64,000 nucleotides of DNA from Octopus vulgaris (Eukaryota). The DNA lies in contig OX597825.1 in NCBI GenBank assembly GCA_951406725.2, forward strand, positions 45,632,001 through 45,696,000, given 5' to 3'. Below the pieces are notes generated by a model that made no database searches, was not told where the DNA came from, and saw nothing but the letters and a program-made list of their open reading frames with translations. The translations under genes and the position numbers were made by a program. Shown here in pieces: positions 39,301 to 51,546 of the stretch (positions are counted from its first letter, which is position 1; each line of letters begins with the position of its first letter).

Positions 39301-41198
39301 GAGCTATCATTCCCGTCATTTTTTTTTCAGCCGGCATATTTATCCCATGTCTTCTTTTAAAGACCGTGTGATTATGGAGATTTGGTTATTTGTAGTAAGT
39401 CGTACAGCTATGTAGAATGTTAATACTCATCGAAAATTGAAGTTTTTCTAATGTTTTTAATAATGAGATTATGAAATAAATGAAGTATAGAATAGAAGTA
39501 CTTTTGGTTTCGTAAATTTTGAAATTGAGGACATTCATTTTTAGACAGTTTTAGATATCATTTGCCTATAATTTTCTTAGCCGACTTTTTCATATTAATT
39601 TATAGCATGAAAATGACAATATAGTTGGTCAAGATATTTTAGAATGCTGTACTCTAATGTAAATTATATTGGAACCCATCTGGAAGGACCCCCTTTACAC
39701 ACACTCACCTTTCTTCCAACAGTAATTAATAGGTCCGGCAGATCGCTTCTGCTTTTCTCTCACTTAAGTGACAATGCATTTTGTCAGTTTGAAAATACTA
39801 TAATTTGCTTCCGTAGTGTAACTTGTGAAAGTTCATTTAAACAATTGTGGTTGCATCTTCAGGTCAGCTTATTCTTTTAGATGTTTTTTTTTTGCACAAC
39901 GCATTACAATAATTTTGATTTAAAGTTTTTACTATACACTGTGTAATATGCTTATGTTGAACGATTTCAAAATGTCTTAGATTTTTAATTTCCTGCCGCT
40001 TTTGAAAGCTAATTGTCATGTATTAAGTCACGATAGAAAAGTACAGATTAGAAGCTGACTTTAGTCTGACTAACTTTAAAGCTTGCTACGATTATTTCCA
40101 AGTAGCCTGTAACTAGCAAATATACTCGAATTTAACAAGGTAACTTTTTGTCCTTTTACAGACAGCAATAATAAAGAACAATCCTCGTAAATATCTGAGG
40201 AGCGTTGGGGATGGTGAGAAAGTCGAGTTTGATGTCGTCGAAGGAGAAAAAGTAAGCTGTATAATTTGAATATTTTTATTAACCAATAACTTCATACTTC
40301 CGCGGCTGTTCAAAGATCTAAATCAAGTTGCTTTATTGTAGGGAAATGAAGCTGCCAATGTCACTGGACCTGGTGGAAATCATGTGCAAGGCAGCAAATA
40401 TGCTGCTGATCGACGCAGATTTCGACGGGGATGGTGGAACAGGAGAAGGCGAGGTGCTGCCAGGGAAGTGAAGGCAAGTGTTTTTTTTTTTTTTTGTTAA
40501 ATGTTTAAAATTAATGGTGTAGCATTTAAGAGGCTTTGAATTCTTGTGAATTTTTAATGACAATGCAGTAATTTGCAGTAAAATGTTTAACTTATGTAAT
40601 TATAGTTGAATTCTTTTTCTTGTAGGAGGGTGAGGAAGCTAAAGAAGAAGTTGAAGGTGAAAGTGGTGATGGTGGTGGTAGTGAAGAAAGGAACAGGCCT
40701 CCAACCAGGCGCAGGCCATACTGGAGAAGAAAGCGTTTCTTCCGTGGGCCAAGACGAGGTATGCCGTCTAGAAGTGTTCCTCAGGATGAGCATGGATCAG
40801 CTGGTGAAGGAGATTCAAGGATGCATGGCCCTCCCCCTTTCCGTCGGCGACGTCCCTTCTTCCGTAGATACTATCGTCCTCCCATGCATCGCTATCCCCA
40901 TGGTGGCCCTCCAAGGGATAATGAACATGAAGATGATAGTGGCCAATCTGTTCCCCAAGCTTTCCGGAGACGACCCAGACGTACCAGAGGTGGTGGCAGC
41001 TTTAGGCGAGGTAGATGGAGTTCCCGGGGAGGACGTTCAGGTCAGAGGGAGCTGTCTGAAGGTGAACCAGGAATTAATGAAAGTGGTAACCAGAAGGCCG
41101 AAGACAGTGTTCCTCCTAACAAATCTGAAGACAGCATGTCTGGGCCTCCTTCTTCAAGTGCAGAGGTAACTCCAGCTGCCTCTCAGGCTGCTGCCTAG
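36318..41198 (+). CDS. YBX1: Y-box binding protein (cold-shock domain), 6 coding exons, 323 aa
   Basis: join(36318..36396,37010..37073,38963..38996,40162..40251,40342..40473,40626..41198) = 972 nt, in frame. CSD reads [71 protein letters not shown]. The C-terminus has alternating Arg/aromatic and acidic blocks. The ATG context is gccATG. Confidence 0.95.
37010..37073 (+). CDS. YBX1: YBX exon 2 (RNP1, KSGYGFI)
   Basis: Acceptor tttttcag|, donor cg|gttagt, 64 nt. Confidence 0.95.
38963..38996 (+). CDS. YBX1: YBX exon 3 (RNP2, DVFVHQ)
   Basis: Acceptor tttgcag|, donor cag|gtgagt, 34 nt. Confidence 0.95.
40162..40251 (+). CDS. YBX1: YBX exon 4
   Basis: Acceptor ttttacag|, donor aaa|gtaagc, 90 nt. 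Confidence 0.95.
40342..40473 (+). CDS. YBX1: YBX exon 5 (probable GC donor)
   Basis: Acceptor ttgtag|. Reads [27 protein letters not shown]. Donor aag|gcaagt. Confidence 0.85.
40626..41198 (+). CDS. YBX1: YBX exon 6 (Arg-rich/acidic C-terminus and stop)
   Basis: Acceptor tttttcttgtag|. In frame with ORF 40761-41198, which ends in TAG. Confidence 0.9.
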   Translation, partial: EGEEAKEEVEGESGDGGGSEERNRPPTRRRPYWRRKRFFRGPRRGMPSRSVPQDEHGSAGEGDSRMHGPPPFRRRRPFFRRYYRPPMHRYPHGGPPRDNEHEDDSGQSVPQAFRRRPRRTRGGGSFRRGRWSSRGGRSGQRELSEGEPGINESGNQKAEDSVPPNKSEDSMSGPPSSSAEVTPAASQAAA

Positions 41199-42613
41199 AC
41201 ATGTGACTTTTTTAGTACAGCTTGCGTAGCTACAGTAAAATGGAAGAAAGATTCCAGTGTTAGTAAGATCACTTTAATTTAGTAAAATGCTCCATTTCCC
41301 TTTTATAAAGTTGAATGAATGTCATGTCAACCAGCTTTTTTTTTCTTGTAGGAAAGACCATCCAGATAACTCCCATTGTTCAACATCAAGTTGACTGGGT
41401 TGGCGGACATTTTTGTCTGAGGGCTGCCTGCTTTATTCTCCAACACCTGTCTTTTAATAGCCCCTGCCCTTAAAGTCTGTTCAACTTTATCAGGGAGATG
41501 TAAGGCTACGTTATGAAATAAAGATCCATCTTGAGCAACATAGCTTGTGTTTGTTTCTGAAATACAACCAAGTTTCTGGTTTCTCTAATTGTCTTTTCTA
41601 GATATCTAAATTAACCATTGTCTCGAATCAAATTTAATGTTCAAGTAAATAGGAATTAATTTTAGTCTGCTCATTTGTAAAATTTAGATATAATTTGTTA
41701 AATTAGTGTTTATTTTAACTGCAAAATTTTTTTTTTTTAATGTTTAATTTTTTGGTTAGGCATAAACATTTCTTTCAACAAGCTTTTAAATCAGCATTGC
41801 TGCTCTGTGCCAAATGCTTGTTGTTTCAAATGTGAGACATAGAAACCAAATGTTGCTCATAGCAGGCTTGATGTCTATAGCTATAGGACTCTTGCTCATT
41901 GACAGATAAGAACTTGTAGAGTTTTTCCTTTTTGAAAGAAAATCTCACCACCATTATTTTTACTCCCCTTTCCCATCTAAAGTAAACCAAATTTTTTAAA
42001 ATCTATTTTTCTCACTAAATGTAAATTTTAACTTAATCTTTCTCAAATTATATTTTTCAATTTTCCAATTTCAACTTTCATCAATCATCTTTAAAACACC
42101 TATTTAAGTGTTGAAATATTAAGGTTTTAAAGCATTGTCTGAAAATTAATCCTTAGCAAATTTTGTTTTACATGAAACTTTTGAGGAAAATTATCAAGAA
42201 TTAAGGAGTGCAGTTTTATACCTTGCTTTTTAAGTCTATAAGATTTAGTTTGTTGAATCAATTTATTTTGAACTTAGCTCTATTTTTTCTCCTTTGTGAT
42301 CTGTTGTCTTAGGATTCTAATGGATCTGATCTTTGACAGTTGACCAATGGAACTGGTTTGACTGCAGAGCTAAATTATTCTGGAAATGTCTTCAAGACTG
42401 TTTTACAGTTTGCATGATTGCTATATTTGTTGGACTTGTTTTGTCATGATTGCCTTGTTATCCTCTATGGCCCAGTCAGGTTATGAGAATACTTGAAGTT
42501 GTGAACTGCTTTCTCAGACGGGAACTTGATCAGTCTTTTAAGAAAAATCTACATTTCTTTTAAGCTGAACTGGTGAACCAGCAGCTTCATATGAGAGGCT
42601 TTGATATTTTGTA

Positions 42614-42619
42614 AATAAA
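42614..42619 (+). terminator. Probable YBX polyadenylation signal
   Basis: AATAAA preceded by tgta and followed by a GT/T-rich stretch (ggtctgttttt), ~1.4 kb after the stop. Confidence 0.5.
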
Positions 42620-42977
42620 AGAATTATAATGGTCTGTTTTTAGTTGATATTTACTAAATGTGAAATTTAGTTAAGAATTGTAAATTGCCTAATTATGAAA
42701 TACTAAAATGTTTAGTAATATTGAATTATACAAGTTTTATTCTACTGTTGACAAATTTGTAAATTTTGTGGTTCCCACTTGTTAAAATTTCTAATAGCAT
42801 TTTCAAGTTAGTATAATGAAATAAGCGTAATGAGATAGCTGAACATGCAAAATACCTATATCTTAAATAGTTACTTAATATTCAGGGGCTGGTTTGAAAG
42901 TAATAGTAAATCCAAAGCTGATGTTGCTTATTCACCATGTTCTTGTGACCAAAATAACCTTAGTTTTTGGGAGAATA

Positions 42978-43125
42978 CTAAAATAAGGCTGGTACAAATG
43001 TGGCTGTGATTAAATTAACTTTGTAGCTGTAATTTAGGGTCAGTTCTGTCATGCAGCTTTGACAAATTCTTCTATAGCCTCAGAATACCTAATACTTTCA
43101 GTGAAATTTGGAAGACAGATTTCCA
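42978..43125 (+). mobile_element. Highly degenerate SINE head
   Basis: Weak similarity to the SINE at 46227 (gtggctgtg, tcttctatagcctc, atttggaagacag). Confidence 0.35.
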
Positions 43126-43522
43126 TGTCTGTTTTGTGTATATTGAAAATTGCTAACAAACCTGTGTAGTCAACCAAATACTTTGTATTATTTGGACCAA
43201 GTTGTGAAACTTGTCACTATTGGAGAGTCAGTTGACAAATGATAGGCTTGTTGGAAACCTGTAATGGATGTTAAATAAATTGAAGGATTGGTACAGTACA
43301 ATGTGCTAGTGGAAACATTCCTTTAGATTTGCTTTGACCAGGTGTTGGTATCAATGCTCCTGAAGTAGGGTTTTCATTTTTTCGCTAAAATTCTATCTCT
43401 GGATAGGGTGGTAGCAGTACTACAATAGATTTTAATAAACACTGGTAGTTTTAAATAAAACTCGAGAAATTATATAAAGCTTTGATCACACAGTTCCCTT
43501 ATCCCACATGTCACATTTTATT

Positions 43523-43793
43523 TACGATGAAAAGTGAGTTTTAAAAAAATCTTAAAAGCTTGTGTTAATATTTTAATCACATTTTGTATTTAATTGGAAA
43601 GGAGTTGGACTGTTTATATGATGTGTATGTCTGTGTCTAGCATATGTTCGTGTGTGTGTGTATATATATATATATACACACACACACATACACATCATAT
43701 AAACAGTCCAACTCCTTTCCAATTAAATACAAAATGTGATTAAAATATTAACACAAGCTTTTAAGATTTTTTTAAAACTCACTTTTCATCGTA
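43523..43793. repeat. Perfect inverted duplication (~108-bp arms) around a TG/TA/CA microsatellite
   Basis: tacgatgaaaagtgag...atatgatgtgtatgt pairs with acatacacatcatat...ctcacttttcatcgta. Confidence 0.9.
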
Positions 43794-45116
43794 TATATAT
43801 GTATGTATATGTGTATATATGTATGTATATATTATATAAAAAATTAGTCAATGAGGATATTTAAACTTCTTATAGGGATATTCATCCATGATACACTGGT
43901 TTAATATATTATAAATTGAGATAATTATTCAATGAATATATTATATAGAATATTGTAAAATTTCAAGGACAGAAATTTCTTTAACCTTTACTTGGCCGAA
44001 AAAGTTTTTGGTTCATAAGACCAACCCGGCTGAGGGGCCCCATTATTATTTAAATGTGAATTTAAGCACAAATCTCATGAGTACATTTGTGAAAATACGT
44101 GATTTCACTTTGTAAATAGTTGAGTTTAAAGTATCTGATATTTCTTGACGTGATATCTGAACTCAGTGAATTTTGGGAGATTTTTTTCGTCAACTTTGAA
44201 AATGGATAGGAGTTTCATGTTAACCATTGATTCCGAATTTAAAGCTTCTTCAACGGAAAATATGGAGATATCGAGAAAAAGAATGAGGTACAAAAGCATG
44301 TGGTGTACAATAATGAATAGGATATTTCTGTATCCAAAAATGAAAGCGGCGATTCTGAAGAAACAAAGCGGCGATAGTGACAGCAAAAACAATTTTACAT
44401 TGGAATGAAGTAAAAACTTTAAAAAATGTTTTTATTAGCAATTTTTCTGAGATTATCTATAGTCTTTCTTAGGAAGCAAACCCATTAGACTTTTTTTTTC
44501 AGTATGCTTGTTTGAAATGATCACTGCGGAAACAAACTTATGCAGAATGTAAACAAACACAAAATGGGGGATTGAAGTTAGGAAAATTTGTGAAGCTGGG
44601 TACTGCTGTGGATTTACTTTTTATACAGCATGGCCTAGGGTACGATTTGGTCTGGAATTTATCACTTCCATACCATAACCAGGGCCGTATATTATTTTTT
44701 GACCGATTTATTTAGTTCGGTCAAACTTGTGGATTCCAGTATTTCATTTTATTTAACTTTATGGTACACCTGTTCTGTTGTGCATTAAATTCAACTGATG
44801 ATCTAGTGATGTGCACAATTCTTCTATATCAAAATTTTGTTGCATACCCAATTGATGATTAATTTTCTATGGTGATGTTTAAACAAAATTTTAATGTTTA
44901 CCTGTAATTAAAGTCACTTCGAGACAAAAGTTATGCATTAGAATTAAAAACCCTTTCTTTAATTATGTTCCCAATATCACATGTTAAGTAAAAAGGTTAC
45001 AGTTTAATGAAACTAGTCTAAATTCATGATTATTTTAGAATTTAATTGAAACTCCTGAGGGGTGTATTTTGGTCGGAAATATAGTAACGAAAGGGTTAAT
45101 CAACTGTATGTATATA

Positions 45117-45332
45117 CCAGGTTGGCCAAAAGTCACCTGACAGTAAATCAAACCAGTTTAATTCCAATTTCAAAATTATTTAAGGCAATTTCGCTTATAG
45201 ACATGTTGAAAAAGAAAAAAAGGCTGATTTTAACTGGTATTCAATTATTAAACATTCATAATTAGAATGAATACAATTGAATATTATTTATGGAATTTTG
45301 ATTTGTTGTTGGGTGACTTCTGTCCAACCCTG
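45117..45332. mobile_element. Tc1/mariner-type MITE
   Basis: TIRs caggttggccaaaagtcacc and ggtgacttctgtccaaccctg, in a TA/TG microsatellite context. Confidence 0.6.
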
Positions 45333-45379
45333 TGTGTGTGCGTATATGTACATACACGTATCCATATATATTTATACAC

Positions 45380-46200
45380 ATACCCAGGCTTATTCCCCAT
45401 TTGCTTTTTCAGGAGGGGGTAGCCACCAGGCATTCTATTCATTTCTCAGATCAGAGGTGAGCCCCATTATCAGCAGCAGGGCCCGATAGCATATGCTGGT
45501 TCTGTACCCATTTGAGCAACATCAAATTCACTTATTTGGCTGCAAACACTCTCCAAGCTTTTCCATCATTTATAATCTCACAACCACATCTCCAACCACC
45601 AAAGCTTTCCTCACTCCATCCATCCACACAAACTGAGATCTGGTTCTGCTTCCTACCACTTCTGCCTTCATCATCCATCCTCTCCATGTGGCCAAACCAC
45701 CTCAACATTCATCTATCCATTTTGGTTGTTAGATCTCTCATTCTCACCTTTGCAGCTTCTCATTCTGTCCATTTGTGTAACACCAACCATAGCCCTCAAA
45801 AATCTCATCTCAACCACTAGTCATCTTCCCACCTCTCAGCCCCCAGTCTGCACTATATAACATGGTCAGCACAACCATGCCCTCATACACCTTTTCGTTT
45901 TCATACTCAACCTTTTATCTCTTGGCACACTTTACACAACTGCGAATATCTTATTCCCCTCTCTCACTCTGTATCCCATTTCCTCAGTTGACCCCCCCCC
46001 CCCATCAGCTGTCATGTGATCCTCACATCCATCTTAACCAGCTATTCCATCTCTAGCATCACCTTATTCTTAGCTACATTCAAGTTCAGTTTCCTCCTCG
46101 CGCACTCATATCCAAAATCTGCCACCAGTGCTGTATCATTAGCAAGAAAAAAACGCACTCTCCATTTTCTCCCACCATTCCCCTTTTCACAACACTGTCC
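45380..46200 (-). mobile_element. Degenerate RTE-type LINE 3' fragment
   Basis: The minus strand at ~45675-45705 reads RWFGHMERM. Confidence 0.55.
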
Positions 46201-46226
46201 ATGTATAAATTAAACATAAATTATAT

Positions 46227-46491
46227 AGGTGCAGGAGTAGCTGTGTGGTAAGATGGCTACTCAACCACATGGTTCTGTTCAGTCCTGCTGTGTGGCACCT
46301 TGGGCAGGTGTCTTCTGTCCCCTCGGGCTGACGAAAACCTTGAGTGGATTTGGTAGATGAAAACAGAAAGAAGCCCATTGCTTGGCAAGAGACTAGAATA
46401 AGTACAGGCTTACAAAGAATAAGTCCTGGGGTAGATTTGTTCAGCTAAGTGCTCCGGCATGGCTGCAGTCAGACTGAAATGAGTAAGAGAA
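46227..46491 (+). mobile_element. tRNA-derived SINE (possibly composite)
   Basis: Head ggtgcaggagtagctgtgtggtaag, core ggcaccttgggcaggtgtcttc and gtggatttggtaga. Confidence 0.65.
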
Positions 46492-46535
46492 TGTGTGTGT
46501 GTGTGTTTATTTATATATATATATATATATATATA

Positions 46536-47366
46536 ATAAAATATTAGGGAATAAATCCAAACTTAGGGAAAAATCAGATTTAGGATTGAATCCAATTTTA
46601 TAGTAAAATATATTATATTAAATTAGAGATAAAACCACTATTAGGCAAATCATACAATGAAAAACTCTAAAATAAAATTAAGAATCGCACAACATGAATT
46701 CATTTAAAAAATTAACTCCATTGTCTTTAGCAAGTACATTTGCGGACTTAAATCCCAAAATATTAATTATAATTTATCTTGGGAAATAATTAGTAAAACT
46801 AAATCATATAGTATAGGAGCGAATTTTTGTTATGTTCTAATGAGTTAAAGGAAATTTTATTTTATAAGCATGATAATTTACTGAATACCTGTGATGAGCG
46901 CAAAATAAAATGCAGACACAAGTTACTTTACTTATATAATTTTCTTGATAAATAATGATTATTTCTTAGCCTTAATTAGCTCCCTATTTGTTGTTTTATG
47001 TAATAGTATTATAAATATACCAGGTGATTTGTAGTACTTATTATATTAGTTTATTTTAGTTATTTAGGTTCTGTTTTTAATTATAGTTAGATGGTTGTTC
47101 ATTTTATTACTAAATATATTTTTAATAAATATTTAATGATTATTGAATATAGAGTCTGATATTTAAATCACCTGATGAATGACTAACCCGAAATTTTAAG
47201 AATTGGACAGCCATGAAACGATCGTAGTGTTATACTAATTATCTTTTTTTAATAATTTTGATATATATTTTTAAAATAATATTAATTAATTAATCTTATG
47301 TGGCTTGAGTTTTTCATTGTATGATTTGCCTAATAGTGGTTTTATCTCTAATTTAATGTAATATAT
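46536..47366 (+). mobile_element. Penelope-like element 3' end (GIY-YIG C-terminus, pLTR, inverted pLTR copy)
   Basis: Reads KLRIAQH, SKYI, INYNLSWEIISKTKSY, ILFY and KCRHK (Naiad/Neptune-like endonuclease end). ~46608-46667 is the reverse complement of ~47307-47366. A hammerhead core is present. Confidence 0.75.
47169..47229 (+). ncRNA. Type I hammerhead ribozyme (Penelope-associated)
   Basis: cac-CTGATGA-atgact...agccat-GAAA-cgatcg-TA-gtg. The core is complete, stem I is 3 bp and stem III is palindromic. Confidence 0.7.
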
Positions 47367-47389
47367 ATATATATAGGATTCAATTTGAT

Positions 47390-49500
47390 CTAGTTTCAAC
47401 TCATGAGCTGTGGCCATGCTGGATCACTGCCATTTGGTGTTGCTACAATTTTACTTTCTTTTTAGAAATTGACATTTGGTGCATGAGTTTGACGCTGCTA
47501 CCCTCATCTACACTTCTTGCAGTGAAGTTGGTTCGTCTGGGACACTTGGCAGTAAGAGGTCTAGTTTCGTTTTGAAGACATCTCTACCCCATGTTGATCT
47601 CTCAAGCCTTTTGGGATGATTTTAAAGAACTGGGCTTTTAAAAACCAAGCTGTTGCAATATCTTATGTCATGTTGGCACTATGCAGTAGAGCCTTTTATA
47701 GTATTAGTGTTACTCTCAATGCCAAAGTTTAGGACAAGTCCATCTAGGATCTTCCAGATATACATTATGGCATATCTTTCATGCCTACACTCTGGAGAAT
47801 AGTCTAAATCTCTTCAGTCTTGCCCAGTACCATATATGCTGTGTAGAGGCTGTCTTCTCTGAGTAGCTTTGTTGGACTGTAATTAATTTTACACTGGTTG
47901 GTGACCATAGCTGGGAGCAATACTCAAAGCCGATTAGGACAAGTGTCCTTCAGAGGAACACTGGTTTCCTGATCTCTCTGTCCAAAATTTTTAAGGATAC
48001 ATCCATGTGTATGTATATATGCATATGTATGTTGTGGCATTCCATCGGTTAAGATGACAAGGGTTCCAGTTGATCTGATCAATGGAACAGCCTGCTCGTG
48101 AAATTAACTTGCAACTTACTGAGCACTCTACAGACACGTGTACCCTTAACATAGTTCTTGGGTACAAAGACAAGAGTTGTGTTGAAAGAGTACAGCAGGG
48201 TTCACCCACCCCCCCTGCTGGAGCCCCGTGGAGTTTTGGTTGTTTTTGTTCAATAAACACCCAGTCTGGGAATCGAAACTGATCCTACAGCTGCATGTCT
48301 GCTGCCCTAACCACTGGGACATTGTTCCTCCATGTGTGTGTGTATATGTGTATGTATAAATAACTGGTCAGATTGGCTGACAGTACTGCAGAGGGCCACC
48401 ACAATTAGTGGTGGCCCCAGTTAGGTTCCCTTGAGAATTGGTGTCTCTTCAAAGAGCACCATTTCCTATAACTGTCTGACTCCTTCCCTTCAGGAAAACA
48501 TGCAGCCACTCTCCTACTTTCCCAGTAATACAAAGGTTTCGCAGCTTGTGACATATGCCTTGATCAACCTTGTCGAAAGCATTGGCAAAGTTGAGGTATA
48601 TCATGTCTATAGCTGACTGGTTTAGCTGTTGCTTCAATACCCAGCTAAAGTGCTGCAGCAACTGTGAGGCAGCTTCTCCCTGGACGAGTGCCATGTTTCT
48701 AGTAGAAACATGATCAGCCTTTTTCTGACAGTGTTTTATGTGAGGTTAGGGAGATGGGCCTGTAGGTTTTAGCATCTTGTTTGCTCCTTCCTTTATGGTC
48801 AGGGCATATACCTTTTTTAGGAGGTTGGGAAGTTTACCACGTGCTTGGCTTGTCTATTTTCATATTTTCCAGTGGAGAAGTAAAAACTTCAGAATTGTTT
48901 TAGTGCTTCACCAGGTCTGCAGTTAGCAGCTTTTCTTTACCAAATAGTGGCCCTATCTTACAGCATACTAAGGCAGACTCCTTTGCCAACATGTAGGAGG
49001 CTTTAGGATTTAAAAAAATTTTTTAACTGCCCAGGTTTCTCTTCTCTACAGGTGATTTTGAGTTTATTTTTCCATCTCGAAGAGTTCCTCTGTCATGTAG
49101 GATTTTACACTGTCATTAAGGTGTTTGTTTAAATGATAGATTTTTATTCTCATGTCTCTGGAAATGTTTTTGTGAGTATTGGCATATTGCTTGCATTATT
49201 ATTGAGTTTCATATCTATGTCTGGCATAAAGAGATTTTTAGGCCAGTCTTGCTGGAGTATGTTTTTCAAGTGACTTCCATTCGGCATTACAGAAGTTAAG
49301 GCTAGATAGGGTTTGAGAGCCATCTATGTGGAGTCTTTAGTTAATTCTGGGCCATACATTGTCACTTCCATCATGATATGGTCTGAGAATGCTGTTGGTG
49401 ATATATTTGCATTCTGGATAATTTCTGAATAGTTTGTAAAACAGAGGTCAAGGATATTTATGTTCCTGGTTGGAGACTACGATCTATTCCATGAATAGAA
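47390..49500 (-). mobile_element. CR1-group LINE, degenerate, interrupted by a SINE
   Basis: MIYLNFANAFDKVDQG and GKVGEWL. The 3' tail (gctgtggccatgctgg) is shared with 59945-61855. Confidence 0.7.
48031..48333 (-). mobile_element. tRNA-derived SINE
   Basis: Minus-strand head tggaggaacaatgtcccagtggttagggcagc...gtttcgattccc, with a caacata tail running into microsatellite. Confidence 0.7.
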
Positions 49501-49544
49501 TTTTTGTATATGTTTTCCTTTTTTTTTTTTTTTTTTTTTTTTGG

Positions 49545-49960
49545 TAGTTTCAGCTCAGAGCTGCTTCTATGCTGGAGCACTGCCGTTTTGCTACACAGTT
49601 ATTGAGAGCGTCCTCCAATATATGGCATTTGGTGAATAAGAGTTTGATGTCGCTACTGGGATTTGCACCTCTTCTTGGGAGGTAGATTCATCTGGGACTC
49701 TCGACAGGAAGAGGTGCAGTTTTGATTTGAAAACCCCTACATCCACTGCCTTGGGAGAATATTTGTGTGTGCGGGGGCCTCGAGCCATTTTAAGATCCAC
49801 AAAGAGCAAAACTTATCTGCTGCTCTTGGTGGTCCAAATAATAGGTGCAATCTATGTGCGTGTCTTTCCAGAGCATTGTCTGGTTTCAAAAGCCATATCA
49901 CATGCCTTGATGGTGCAGGGACAGGAGGTGGTCAAACTCAGCAACAGGAGCAGACAAGCA
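49545..49960 (-). mobile_element. CR1-group LINE 3' fragment
   Basis: VDVGVFKSKLHLFLSRVPDE matches the C-terminus of the 59945-61855 copy. Confidence 0.65.
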
Positions 49961-50024
49961 CCATATGTGTATGTGTGTGTGTATATATATATGAGTATAT
50001 GCAGGTATATATGTACGTATATAT

Positions 50025-51210
50025 CCGGTCATCCCCTAGCTTCTCTCTGAATTTTGAATAAAGAAAATCAGTGATCAAATGTTATATTTAATTGAAATTT
50101 AATCATCAATGGTTATCATCAATTGGTTATCTATGACTTCCTTCCATCTATTTACAAACTTTTTAATCCCATCAATGTAAAACTCTTGGTTCCAAAGCGA
50201 AGAACTCTAAAATGTTAGTTACGGCCTCCTCCTGGCTTGCAAATGGTAGTCTGAAGGAGCAAGGTCGGGAGAATTAGGTAGATGAGGAATTTTTTCCCAA
50301 CCAGGCTCTTTGATCTTTTGTGATGTGATCTTTGCTGTGTGGGGTCACGCATTGTCCTGATGAAATGTCTCTCCTTTTTGATTCACTAAAGCAGGGCTTT
50401 TTTTCTTCAAAACTTGGTTCAAACGCTCTAATTGCTCACAGTAGACTTGAGCATTGATTGTTGCATTAGGTTGTAACAGTTCAAAGTGAATTACCCCTTT
50501 GCAATCTCACCGGATAGAGGACCTTTTCTCCATGAAGTTCCCTTCTTGGTTATGGTTGAGCTTTTTCCCTTTTCCCAAGCCACTGTTTACATTTAACATT
50601 TTGATAGAAGATCCATTTATCGTCACAAGTCTATCCAAAAGGGTGAAATGAGTTTACGAGAATGGAGAGAAGAGCAGATGTCAACTTGGGATTTGCAGTT
50701 GCTTTCGGACAATTCATGAGGCCCCCATTTTCCAAGTTTAGGAACGTTTCCAAGTTGGTGAAGATGATGATGAATAGTTGTATGGTTTGGACTAAGCTTT
50801 ATTGCCAATTCTTCAACTGATAATGCAGGATTTTCTTCAGGTAATGTCTCAAGGAGCTTATCATCAAACTCAACTGGTCATCCCGTGTGATCTTCATCTT
50901 CAAGGCTGGAATCTCCACTTCAGAATTTTGCAAACCATCTTCTGCAAGTTCTTTCATTCAAGCATTCTTTCCCATAAACTGAGTGTATGTTTCAAGTTGC
51001 ATTGGCTGCTGAGTTTCCTTTTTTGTACTCAAATGCTGTTTTGATACTTCCATGTTTGAAAGGGTTTTAATCGAATTTTAATTCTATCATTCTGTAAAAT
51101 AATATTTCATTAGTTTAAATGTACACATGTATAGAAATAATTTCTAATTCAATTAGATGTTCTAACATACTATAAAATTCTGATTTTAAAAAAGGTAGAA
51201 TCGGACCTGA
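50025..51210 (-). mobile_element. Mariner transposon, degenerate
   Basis: KLGKWGPHELSE (WVPHEL motif), HQDNA (~50350) and SPDLAPSD (~50250-50275). The termini resemble ta-tcaggtc. Confidence 0.75.
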
Positions 51211-51546
51211 TATATATATATATATACACACACACGCATATATGTACATACCTACATATATATATATATATATATATACATGTATATATGGGTACAGGGT
51301 GTCAAAATAAACGTTGAACACAGTGAGGAACAGAAACGTAAAAACAAAAACAGATATGAACTCTTTTGAACAGCGATAAAAACAGACGAGACATACAACA
51401 TAAAGAATATTCCTCTTCAGTCGTCCCTGTTTCATCTACTCTGTTTCGAAGGCAAGGATATTATATATATTGTGTATTTATATATGTACCTGTATAAGCC
51501 AACGAAAGAATGAATGAGACCTCGATATTATGTAGATAGAGGAGTT

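Noticed and set aside
40606-41169. 187-aa alternative-frame ORF over YBX exon 6
   Set aside because: It is a shadow frame. The splice phase and the Arg/acidic composition support the 40626-41198 frame.
44126-44408. Overlapping short ORFs, one with a signal-peptide-like stretch
   Set aside because: No recognisable domain or supporting exon chain could be found.
45078-45099. piggyBac-like terminus (...gaaaggg TTAA)
   Set aside because: No matching opposite TIR could be located.
51365-51430. Minus-strand gacga-CTGAAGA...gtc-tcgtc hammerhead-like motif
   Set aside because: The GAAA half of the core is absent, so it is at most a decayed relic.
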